Positions 12,660 through 23,934 are shown, counted from the stretch's first letter. The stretch is DNA of 64,000 nucleotides from Utricularia gibba (GCA_002189035.1 NEEC01000016.1:1240001-1304000), one strand, 5' to 3'. A program made the numbers and translations. The notes: a model not told the origin generated them from the sequence alone.

Positions 12660-13468
12660 GGGGGGGGGCACCCGGCCCCACACATACAAAAAATTTAATT
12701 ATTCTTTTCATACAATATCTGACTCATGCTTAATTTACTAATTCATCCTTTAAACTCTAATTAAAAATAATTAGTAAGCCAACACCGACACATCACATCG
12801 ACTTTCTAATTTTTAATTCTATTATCGTAAAATTATAAATTCAATAAGTTGATTTCATAAATTATTAAATTTAATATAATTTATTGTATAAAAGTTTATA
12901 TATTCTTTATTTAATGAAAACTTATAATATCTATAAAATTAAATTTACAATCTGATAATTGATTCTATTTTATATAATTTGAAAGGTTCCTAGCCTAACA
13001 ACCGTCCAATTTAGTTCGGTAATGTCCATTTCTGCAACAAAATAAGTTTCACGACTTGATGTATTATACAGGACATTATTTTATACAACTTTGAACTGAA
13101 TTGCGCGTAGGAATGATTTCAGCAACCGTGATGAGGTTAGTTGGGCAGACTGGCGGCAGGCATCATGAGGAATCAGTGACGTTCGCACGCTCGGACAGGG
13201 CATTTTTAATGATATTCCTAATCAAGTATGTTTACTCATAATTATTTCTTAATAACTAACCATGCCTCAAATCATGTAGTATTAAAACGTCCAAAGATTA
13301 ATGTTTCTCAAAAAACCCCTTCCAACAATTGATGATAAAAAGATAAAAACTTAGTCTACGTAATTTATTAAAAATAATAGTGTTTATCAATTTTTGTTTT
13401 TTTGGATAAAAAATCAATTCATATTTTATAATAATCAGGCCTAATCAAGACGGGTGAGCTTTCTTCAT

Positions 13469-13704
13469 CAGTGTTTTAAAAACGGGTTCAATTCATGATC
13501 CAAATTATTATTGATTTTAGGTTGAATTTTTTTTATAATGTATTGAATCGGATTTAACTCATTATAAATGAATATTTATATTTAATATTTCTAAATTTCA
13601 GAATTTTTTAAGTTTTATAAAAAAATATTGGATTTGAATCCAACAAATCATGAAATTCAATTGAATCGGATTGAACCCGGATTCAAGATATATTTTAAAA
13701 CATG
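13469..13704. mobile_element. Degenerate hAT-type MITE, same family as 15945-16460, opposite orientation
   Basis: Starts cagtgttttaaaaacgggttcaa (reverse complement of the 16460 end of the other copy) and ends ttttaaaacatg; no TSD recognisable. Confidence 0.55.
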
Positions 13705-14720
13705 GCCCCCAGCTTGTGCAATCCAATTTCGAGAGTACCTAAACTCCTGCCCAGCGGATAAATTAGAATTTGGTCATATATAAACATTGTGTGAAAAAAA
13801 ATAATGATCATATATGTATCTTTTTATATTAATGTGAGAGATAATGTGACATTGTTCACTTTTCTAAATGACTTCATGCCTAGCACTCGAGTGAAGGAAA
13901 CTCTAGAGTAATATCACCAAGCTACGGATGGTCTCTTGGAGGAGGCACGATAATTTATCTTTTATTATAAAGGTTTGTTGTATTACTTTAAATTATTAAT
14001 ATATTAGATTTTATATACATACGTTTTGTTTGGTTAAAATTAAAAATATATTTGAGTTATAAATATATGTTTTAAAATGATATGTTTGATTAATATGTTT
14101 TAAAGAATTTTTGAAAATATTATTAGAGGGGTTACTATGCTATGTTTTTTGAGTAATTTTCTTTTTTAAAAAATATTAACCTCTAAATTCTTTTAAACGT
14201 AAAAAAAATTTATTTTGTTCGTTGTTGAATATTACTAATCTTATTTAAATAAAAATGAATGATTTAAAAAATATAATTATGTTTGTAAACAGTGTTTAAT
14301 TTAAAAAAAAAATTATTTATATCATATTGTAAAGAAAGTTTTATAATTATTTTATATAAAATATTAATAAAATAATCAAAACATATCCAATTAACATAAC
14401 ATACATCTTTATTATTGAATAAGACCATTGAGAAATAACTACAACCACTCTATGTTATGAAGATGATATCAATAATAATAATAACTATATATATATTTCA
14501 TGTGTAGGGTTTTGGGAAGTGAAGTAGCAACTGTGGATGCGTATCTCATATGTAAAAAAAGGAAATATCTGCTAACAATTCCAACACACATACACAATAC
14601 AACAGGTGACCACTTTTGCGAACATTCGATGATCAATTTACAGCACAACAGTATGTATACCAGGGAAGGGGGAAAGGTTGCAGAGAGTAGATCGGCATCC
14701 TTGACAGCACAGAGGCGCAC

Positions 14721-15009
14721 TCAGCTCTCCATATAGTTAGCACATGTCACGCAGGAAGCGATAACGGACATACAGGTAGCGAAAACCTTCCACATGCCAC
14801 ACAGTAGCTTGCTGCAAGAATGCAACCAGATTACAAGCAACTCAACAGAGAGTAGAAGAAAAAGGATGAAGGAATGCATGAGCTGGTTACCAGCATCCCT
14901 TCTTCTCTGAGCTGCTCCCCGAACCGGCATCAAGAGCAAACGTGAGTAGGAAAACCCATCCATGGTGATGGTGGATTGGCTGATCCAGAAACGTACCTTG
15001 CGTAGTCAT
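14721..15009 (-). CDS. Cys-rich transmembrane-module (CYSTM/PCC1-like) microprotein, copy A, 45 aa; intron-1 acceptor reads CG instead of AG
   Basis: Exons 15009-14997 (ATGACTACGCAAG|GT), 14924-14891, 14811-14721; intron 2 is 79 nt GTAACC...TTCTTGCAG. Product MTTQGSGSSSEKKGCCKLLCGMWKVFATCMSVIASCVTCANYMES. Model derived from copy B. Confidence 0.65.
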
Positions 15010-15035
15010 GGCTTGCTGCTGCTCTCTGGGGTGGG

Positions 15036-15063
15036 TTGACTCCCCTTCCTGCTTCTATATAAA
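15036..15063 (-). promoter_or_regulatory. Core promoter of peptide gene A (TATA box plus W-box-like TTGACT)
   Basis: Minus-strand CCCCCTTTATATAG about 50 nt upstream of the ATG and TTGACT at 15036-15041; both conserved in copy B. Confidence 0.55.
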
Positions 15064-15944
15064 GGGGGAAGACCTGGAGGAAAGACTGGAGAGAGAAGGG
15101 ATGGGATCATCATTATGTGGCCGACATTGCTTGACGGTGGGGACTGGCGGCTTTGAGACCAAGTCTAACATTGCGGCTTCAAACTACCAGCATTAATTGG
15201 TAATGCATCAACGGAACCACATCTGCATGATTGGAGGCTAAAAATTACGTGCAAATGGTTAAAGATTCCAATTTTTATTGAGATTTAAAATATTGGTGTT
15301 AATTAGAACAAATCCCATACCCATCTTCCTACTTATTGAGGGTGATTTTGAAAAATAAACCCTATAAAATGATTGTGTTAGAAAACTACCCAATTTATGT
15401 GTAATTTTTTGTGCTTAGTATATGTGAGAAAAATGAAGGATATATAGTTTTATAAACAACCTTACTTATAGGCCTATGTGCGATACAAATTAATTTAATG
15501 TAGGATGTATTCATTTTGTTTATATAAAAAAATCGTTAATCGTTTGATATTAATTAGGTTAAATTCGAAGCATTTTAAAATAAAAAAATGAATTATAACT
15601 CAATCAAAATTCAATTATGATTATATCATAATTTGTTACAAAAGTATTTCATTTCAAAAGATGGGGTTCAATATAAAGCAATGATGTGGAGCAATCAGCA
15701 ATGTGGCCAGGAATCGCTTCACAAGTCAAGCCTGGTGGTTTTAAATCAGTCAAATAAGCCGGCTTTAAATAAGTGCACTACAAATATGGTATCATATGTG
15801 TGTAAAAAACTTATCATTTTTATATTAATTTTTGGATTTTGATTACTATTTTTTATTGTTTTTGTATTTTTATAATTATTAGTGCTGTGTCAGCTAGCAG
15901 GCCTGATAAGCGATCTACATTAACAGACATAACTTGGTCATCGG

Positions 15945-16264
15945 CAGTGTTTTAAAATCGTAGGTTCGACCCGGTTAGATCCAAACCCATGTTTTAGTGG
16001 GTTGGATCCAACTCTATTCTTTACTTTTATTTTTTTTATTTTTTATTATTTATTTTATGATAATGGTTATGAATAAATATAAAATATATTATACATATTT
16101 GATATATATTTTAAATAAATCTTAATAATTATATTTTTATATATGTATTTATATTGATAGTAGAAAATAATTATTTGTATTTAAATTACACATTATTTTA
16201 ATGAGATATGAGATGATAAATATGATTTTGATTAAACTTTTTAATATAATTGTATCAATTATTG

Positions 16265-16296
<32 letters not shown>

Positions 16297-16460
16297 TTTC
16301 AATATTTTGATGTACTAAATTATGATTTTATAATTATATTCTAATATTTTGATAAATATAATTCAAAATTAATGAATTTGATTCAACCCATTTTAAAAAT
16401 AGTTGAACCCAAAATCATAGTTAGACGATTGAATGGGTTCAACCCGTTTTTAAAACACTA
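15945..16460. mobile_element. hAT-type MITE (516 bp)
   Basis: Terminal inverted repeats CAGTGTTTTAAAA / TTTTAAAACACTA; 8-bp target duplication gtcatcgg / gtcatagg (7 of 8 match); absent at the matching site of duplication unit B. Confidence 0.85.
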
Positions 16461-17823
16461 GTCATAGGATATGGGTTAGTAGTTCCTAATAGAACTTGAG
16501 GACAGACGCATCACCGGGTAAAACCAGCCTATCTCTTGGAATCATCTGCATACTCATGTGTTGGAAATAAGTATGTGATAATCGGACGAGCATACATAAT
16601 GTCTAAGTGAAAATGTAAATCATATTAAAAAATATTAAATTCAATCGATTATTAATTATATGTAATTTATTATATATTTAACTACTTAATTTTAATTTTA
16701 CAACATGGGATTTTTTATTCCAATATCTGTCATCAATTTGAATTGATCTTTGATTTGATTATACTATAAGTCAATCTGATTTTTTTACCTAAGTCTAATA
16801 TATCTTTTTTTATAGCAGAATTTAAATTAGTACGAAATCTATCTTTGCCACCTAAGCCATCCCGTGAAACAAATGTTTTCATAACATGTTGAAAATAAAG
16901 ATCCGATAAATTAAACAAACACACATGAAATAACTAATAAAAAAAATTAAATACAATCGATCACTAATATAAGCTTCACTCATAAACTCAACTCACATGT
17001 TCATATCTTAGAACCTAACCCACTTTTATATTTTGTGAAGTGAGGTTGGTTATTTAATAAAAAGATGGGCATCAAACTTTTGGTTTGGTATCAACTCACC
17101 TATTTTATTATGTAACCAAATTTCGACACATTAAATACAAGGATGTTGATAGATAGAAATCAATTATATTATATGATTGCTTATCTTAAAAATGAGTCAC
17201 ATTTGATGATTTGGAATAAAAATAAATGTAGGAAAATATTTTTTTGTTCATTCCACATTAATCTCACTTGATCTCTCATCAATATTTCAACAAATTTCGC
17301 AACTACATTGTTGGAATCCTCTACTTACATGTCATGCAGCACCCGCTTCTACCAAAATTTGTTCCTTTGTGAAACCACAGTTATTGTGGTTGGGCATGGA
17401 CTTTGGCTCGCTTTGCATATATTCCCCTCTCCTATCGAGCCCTCATGTAGTTTGCTCCCGCACCTCATATTTGACCATATTAGCCTACCTAATCCATACG
17501 TTTTCGACTCTATGGCAACACAGAGCCAGATCGCGGGTGCTTCTCATACCAAATTGTAATGATCTATTCCAGTCTTATCCAAAAGTACAACATTTTTCAA
17601 CATCCTGATGTTCAATAACATCACTTCAATTTTGGCCTATTCATTTTTTTATAAGAGGAGAAGTACTCTTGAAGTCACTCTGCCCACCCCTCGAGTGCTC
17701 TGTGTTTCTTCGTAAAAATTGCAGTGTAGTTCAACATTATAATGTGTGGTATCATTATTTGGATTCTTGCATGTTTGCCATTTATAAGAAGGAATGTGCT
17801 TTCGACTGCATGGACTACTTTTA

Positions 17824-18275
17824 GGTAGTATTTGATTGATAGAATTAATTAGATTTAAAAATTAAATTATAAATTATATCGTATTTATTTTGTAACTTTT
17901 AATGAGCTCGACAAAACGAGGTCTTTTTTTAAATTCCACATATATTGATTTATTTAAATTATCTCTTGTCTTTACTTTACTTCATATTAGTTATAATCCT
18001 ATTAGGTAGCATTTGTTTGATAGAATTAATTAGATTTATTATAAATTATATTATATTTACTTAGTGCCTTTAAATAAGCTAGAGAATAGGAGAATTTTTT
18101 TAATTCCGTGTATACAGATTTCTTTAAAATCATGTCTCTTTCTTAGTTTATTTAATATTAATTTTAATTCTAATAACTAAACATTATCTAAAAAGATTAT
18201 TCTTCTACATCACTTTTATTTAAATTCAAGTTAATTAAATCCCTTTTATGTTAATTCCATAAATCAAATATTTCC
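17824..18275. mobile_element. PIF/Harbinger Tourist-like MITE with a duplicated left end
   Basis: Left end TTA|ggtagtatttgattgatagaat repeated at 18005; right end attccataaatcaaatatttcc|TTA is an imperfect inverted copy; TTA flanks. Confidence 0.55.
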
Positions 18276-18604
18276 TTACGGTGAAATGTGTCCCATTGAG
18301 ATGCTTCTAATACCGTCTTTAGAACAAGAAAATTTTGAATGACTTTCTCATTGATAACTATAGGTTATATACAGAGATTATAAAAAAATACCGAAAATTA
18401 AGCTTATAATATAGCCCATAAATACAATATTCTCCTAAAATATAGAACGTAAATATTAACAGGATCAATCTTGGTTAACTTTTAATTCAATCCCGTACCA
18501 TATTTTATAACATGATCCACATCCTTTGTGCAATCCAATTTCGAGAGATGGAGTTTTGTCACCAAACTCCTGCCCAGCCCTCGGGGGAAATAAACTCCGT
18601 CGTT

Positions 18605-18812
18605 ACGCCAAGATTGACCGGCCGGTTAACCGGTAACGGATTTCCGGTTTTTCAAAACAGATGGTGGCCCACTTGTGTAAAGTTGATCAGCTTTAAATAT
18701 TGGATTTCCAAAATCCGGTTTTGACCGGTCAAATCCGAATTTCACCGATCATAACCGGATTTTGAACCGGTCCCTTACCGGTTCGGTTTGAAAACCCGAT
18801 TTGAAAACATAG
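18605..18812. mobile_element. Truncated MITE rich in ACCGG subterminal motifs
   Basis: Many (A)ACCGG/CCGGTT motifs; ends ttgaaaacatagg (hAT-like terminus); present only in duplication unit B. Confidence 0.45.
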
Positions 18813-19614
18813 GGATTACGATAACCAACGATACGGATAGGAGGCACGAGCATTTCTATTTTATTGTAAAGGTTTTTATATCATATTTTAATTGGCAATA
18901 TATTTGTTTTTATATACATACTTTTCGTTTGATTAAAAGTAAAAATATATTTGATTTACAAATTTTATAAATATATGTTTTAAAATGATATGTTTGAAAG
19001 AATTTTTGAAAAAAATGATTAGAGGGGTTATTATACTATGTTTTTTGACATATTTTCTTTTTTTTGAAAAACATTAATCTCTAAATTCTTTTAAACCAAA
19101 TCAAATTTAATTTTTTTTGTGTTAAATAATACTAATCTTATTTAGATAAAAATGAATGATTTGAAAAATATAATTATATTTATAATGAGTGTTTTTTTTT
19201 TAAAAATAATTATCTAGATCATATTGTTCAGAAAGTTTTATAATTATTTTTATATTAAATATAAATAAAATACTCAAACACATATAAAATAACCTACATC
19301 TTTATTATTTAATAAGACCATTGAGAAATAACTACAAGCACTCTATATTATAAAGATGATAATACTACCAATAATAATAATAAATTTAGTAACAAAAAAT
19401 AGGTATATTTTATGAATTTGAGTTTCATGTGTAGGGTTTTTGGAAGTGAACTAGCAACTGTGGATGCGTATCTCAATATCTGCTAATAATTCCAACACAC
19501 AAATCACAAATTTAGCAGTGACCGGTTTTGCGAACATTCGATGATCAATTTACAGCACAAGAGTATACCAACAAGGGAGGGGGACAGGTTGCAGAGGCGC
19601 ACTCAGTTCGCCAT

Positions 19615-19891
19615 TTAGTTACCACGTGTCACACAGGCAGTGATCAAGGACGCGCAGGAATCCAAAATCTCCAGCATGCTACCCAGTAGATCGCTGCAAG
19701 AATGCAACCAGGTTACAAGCAACTCAACACAGAGTAGAAGAAGAAGGATGAAGGAATGCATGAGCTGGTTACCAGCATCTCTTCTTCTCTGGGCTGCTCC
19801 CCGAACCTGCGTCAAGAGAAAACGTGAGTAGGAAATGCATCCATGGTGATGGTGGATTGGCTGATCCCAGAAACGTACCTTGCGTAGTCAT
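19615..19891 (-). CDS. Cys-rich transmembrane-module (CYSTM/PCC1-like) microprotein, copy B, 41 aa
   Basis: Exons 19891-19879, 19806-19773, 19693-19615; introns 72 nt (GTACGT...TTTTCTCTTGACGCAG) and 79 nt, both canonical and pyrimidine-rich. Product MTTQGSGSSPEKKRCCDLLGSMLEILDSCASLITACVTRGN. TATA box upstream at ~19945. Confidence 0.7.
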
Positions 19892-20058
19892 CGCTTGCTG
19901 GTGCTCTCTGGGTTGGGTTGACTCCCCGATGCCGCCTCTTGCTTCTATATAAAGGGGGAAGACCTGGAGGCGAGATTGAGAGAGAAGGGATGGGATGGGA
20001 TAATCATCATGTCACAGTTGATGGTGGCGGCGTTGAAACCAGGTCTAACATAGCGGCT

Positions 20059-20180
20059 TGCCTGTTTGGTTGGTGGATAACGCCCTCAGGTTTGGGTTTC
20101 GGTTGGGTTTATAGGCAATACCCATATGAAAACCTAGGTATCAAACAAAACCCACCTAATCTCTTCAACCAAACGCGTTC
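20059..20180. mobile_element. Small Tourist-like MITE remnant
   Basis: gcctgtttggttg ... caaccaaacgcg imperfect inverted ends; homology to unit A breaks exactly here. Confidence 0.35.
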
Positions 20181-20183
20181 TTA

Positions 20184-20325
20184 GGTTTCCCCGTATTGAG
20201 TCAAATTAAGCTGCAGGGTCCGGTCCACTTCTGATGGTGCACTTTCGTCAATTCCTTTAAATTTCAGCCTTGCGACCATACTACCCCTGTAATCCAAAAA
20301 CTTTGATTTCTCATAAAGTGCCGGC
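20184..20325 (-). rRNA. Degenerate 18S rDNA fragment (non-functional)
   Basis: Reverse complement matches the conserved 18S segment ...ATGAGAAATCAAAGTTTTTGG...GTATGGTCGCAAGGCTGAAA.TTAAAGGAATTGACG...CTTAATTTGACTCAA.ACGGGGAAAC with scattered substitutions. Confidence 0.9.
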
Positions 20326-20329
20326 ACGA

Positions 20330-20451
20330 TACCCCGTCCTACAATCGAGGGGTGCAATGCTGACCGACCTCGATTGAGAAGGGTTAGAATGAGCATACCT
20401 ATCGGGACCCGAAAGATGGTGAACTATGCGTGAGCTAGGCGAAACGAGAGG
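20330..20451 (+). rRNA. Degenerate 25S/26S rDNA fragment (non-functional)
   Basis: Contains GACCGACC...GAGAAGGGTT...GAGCAT.CCT.TCGGGACCCGAAAGATGGTGAACTATGC, a conserved large-subunit rRNA segment. Confidence 0.9.
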
Positions 20452-20469
20452 TTCAGGGTTTAGGGTTTA
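20452..20469 (+). repeat. Telomeric repeat tract TTCAGGG TTTAGGG TTTA fused to the 25S fragment
   Basis: Directly visible immediately after the rDNA match ends. Confidence 0.65.
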
Positions 20470-20866
20470 AGTGCATCAACGTAACTTGGATGCTGAAGAT
20501 TCCATTCCAACGTGCAAATACACACGATTTGCTTGTCGTTTTGTTATAAAAGTAATTCATTTCAAAGTCATCGCTCTCCTTGTGCTCTTGGGGTCGTCCT
20601 CCACAATGCCATCTCGGGGTCAATATTGTGGATCCAGAGGCGTGAGTGCCTGGACAATCACCATGTGGCTAATTGTAAAAAAAACTCACCATTTTTATGT
20701 TAATTTTATAACTTATATTTATTGATTTAGATAATTATATGATGATTGAATTTCTGTTACTTATATTTATAAATTTTGATAATTATTTTTGATTGTTTTG
20801 TATTTTTATCATTATTAGAAGATATTTGATAGTATAATATAAATAAATTATAACCAAGTTTATACA

Positions 20867-20893
20867 TAAATAAATAAATAAATAAATAAATAA

Positions 20894-20939
<46 letters not shown>
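20867..20939. repeat. Compound microsatellite (TAAA)n(TA)n(TG)n
   Basis: Direct inspection. Confidence 0.95.
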
Positions 20940-23934
20940 TTTGAATGATTATATCATTAACGCACTTATTTTTTTTGAATATATGGATGATGTAAACAAA
21001 TAAAAATGAGTTTAATTATATTTATACCATTTATATATTTAAATCTCTACAATCCAACGATATTTTAATATTTTACAACTAGCACCTTTGATAAGGGATC
21101 AACCTTGGTAGACATGACTTGCTCGTAGTCTTGTAGATATGGATTAGTCGTTCCTGATAGAGCTTGAGGACATACGATGGCATCACAGATAGTGATGTTG
21201 TTGAAAAAGATCATCTCTATGAAGTGATAATGATAGAGGAGATAAGGTGGCTGATGTGTTTAAACGAGAGTGTTAAAATCATCCGATAATCTAAGTTATC
21301 CAAAGTCGACATGGTGTAGCTCAATCTATTAGGGCATCTTTATTCATGTTCGGAAATGATGATGTGGATGTATGTTTTTAACATTTAAATTTTCGAACAT
21401 TAATACAGGCAACTTTCCGATTTCCGAAAACTATCTTTGCGAAAACCTAGTTTCTACTGGGAAACTCAGTAAAATAAAAGATGATTTTTCCTCATTCTCT
21501 ATTCACACACACTGGATTAGGTTATGCAGTAAAATAAAAGCTTTTTCGGAAATGAATGTGAAAAAGTGGAAACCCATTTATTTGATTTCCGGAAGGTTAG
21601 TAATCTTATGTGGAATTGCATGTTTCCGAACATCAATAAAAATGTCCTTAGAGAAATTATGGCAATCGGTTATAACTTTTGAAGAATAAAATGATTCTAG
21701 CACATGGAAGGAATAATTCTAACATGCATGGAAACTTGATCCACCCCAAGAATTGCTGCTATTCGGATGGAAGGATGCTGCTTTTAGTATTTTGAGCATC
21801 CTCACCATAATTAATGTTTTTTTACTTATTTATCTTTTCATTTGTAATGTGTGAACAATGTGTGGTGAACAATTGAGTCATTTTCTCTTACCTCGTGCTC
21901 TTTTCTAGCCCTCTTATTAAAATAAATAATTTTACATTGAGATTTTAAAATAAAATAATCAAATATATAATAAATTATAAATCATTAATAATCAATTGAT
22001 CTCAATTTTTTTAATATAATTTATGTTTTTTTATATACTTGGACTTCACATGTGCTCATACATCTATCGAATCCTAAATTTTAACATAGTATTAAAGCAT
22101 CTTGACACTGCTTGAGATGATCAAGATGAATTTTGTATTGATCTGAAATTTGGTTTTAAAAATAAGAAAGAAATGTATTAGGATTAGACAAGAAATCGGA
22201 TGTACCTAAAAGAAAATTTGGTCTAGACCAGCATCTTCAACAACATGCCCTGATCACTTAACATAATTCCCGCTGCCCCCGGCTGATGTCTTGTAGCCTG
22301 TACCACTCGTGCCACCAGCTCCATCACACTTGGGCGCCCCTTGCCATCCGTCCACACCACGTGCGTGCCTTCCTTCCAGTCGCACACTTGCCCAAGTCTC
22401 ACAGAAACACTTCCATGTTTGATCCTTATAGCACCTGTGTATGCTCCTGTCGTTATCAATGGAATATGCTCCAACGAACGCATTTTGCTCCCGCATGATG
22501 TCCCTGTGCTACATCCCTGCGCGACTCCGTATTTCCAGAGGTTCAGTCATGGGTAGCTTCATTCTGTTGACGCCGCCGATGCTGATTTCAATGGATTCCG
22601 TCTGGATTTTAGATCTGAAAATCAAATTGAAATCGCTTCTTGCGAATTTATCATATTTCAGACGCATTTCCTGCTGTGATAATAACGCCAGGGGAGGATT
22701 CTCCCAAGTTCGTCGCGTTGCCGTGTCCCGGTGAGCCTCCGCATCGGAACAAAATCACGTTTCAGGCATCCAGGTACACTTCACATTTGGGATCAAGGGC
22801 TGTGGAAGACCAGCTCGTTTTGTGTTGGACTCATCATACGGCCCAGGTTTACATTGGGCTTCTTAGGTGGGCCTGAGCCGGGCAGACAGGGAATACGTCA
22901 AAACAAAAACCCAGAAAGAAACAGACAAATATTGTATTATATCTATCTATCTATCCATCATCGCTGCATCATTGACAATTCGTGGATTCCCGATCCCGTG
23001 TGTCTCCCAGCCTTTTTCTTGTCCAGGTCGTGCTTTCACTTTCACCAAACAACAACAAGTAGACAGTCGCAATCGGAAATCGGAATACGATTCTGGGATT
23101 ATTATTTTTTTATCTGCCGGAAAAACAAGACTTGGGAATCAGAAAGAAAACCCTTTTTACTCCCCGAGAATCATATCCCTGCATATCTTTCGGAAACTAT
23201 GTCGTTTTGTGTTGGCTGCTTCTCCAGCGAATCATTTCTCTTCGTTGAGTTGTCCGGATTTTACCCTTTTATTTATATTGTGTTCTTACTCTTATTCAAC
23301 GGACAATGATGTAAAAGCTGCGTGCTGACATGAAAGCCAACTGTTTTACATTCAGCTTTACTATGAGGTGTTTCTGTAGCTTTTCTCCAGCTGCAGTGTT
23401 CTTCTTACTTCCTTCCAGGAAGTCACACTTCGAAGCCAGCTTATGAGCATTCGAAGATGCTATGCAGAGGGATGGCATGCATGCATGTGGCTTCTCCACG
23501 AAACCCCATGCATCTGCATAACTCTGTATCCGGCTTTTCAGAGAAGGGACCCTTATCTTTTTTCCTTCTCCCCCATCCCTTAATGCGTGTTGGTTTCCCT
23601 CTTTGTGAATGAAAATATGACAGTTGAGTGTGTGTTTTTCTGTGTTTTGTCTATAAACAATGCTGTGTATGACAGTATCCACTGTGGCCTTGACAGAAAT
23701 TCTTATCTAGATACAGAAAAAACGTTTCTTGAATGCAGGATTGTTTTGATAGATAAAACCAGGCGGCCAAAGCCATGGATATGGCTTCAGACAAGAAGTC
23801 ATGGCCATCTCCGCAGCCTATTACAGTATTGTAGTAAGCAGATAATGGTTTGGTTTGAAAGATATCCAGCAACACCAATCCGATCCTCATCCATCTGATG
23901 GATTCCATGAATTTTGGAGAGCAAGCAGGGTGTT

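Larger units (their letters stand above)
13710..21350. repeat. Tandem segmental duplication, two units (~13.7-16.6 kb and ~18.5-21.35 kb), offset ~4.8-4.9 kb
   Basis: Collinear matching anchors: tgtgcaatccaatttcgagag (13715/18527), gaggcacga...atatatgttttaaaatgatatgtttg, the peptide genes, gtaaaaaactYaYcattttt, and gttcctRatagaRcttgaggaca (16482/21150). Confidence 0.9.

Noticed and set aside
14721-14963. ORF-track 80-aa and 66-aa ORFs (QRRRDAGNQLMHSFILFLLL...) and a single-intron 67/63-aa model for the duplicated genes
   Set aside because: The hydrophobic stretch is a T-rich 79-nt GT-AG intron, and copy B has a much better acceptor that yields the three-exon model; the alternative cannot be fully excluded without cDNA
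19660-19720. PGCILAAIYWV in another frame resembling RCI2/PMP3
   Set aside because: Preceded by a stop conserved in both copies, with no matching N-terminal half
20184-20451. Functional rRNA genes
   Set aside because: Short, mutated, oppositely oriented fragments only
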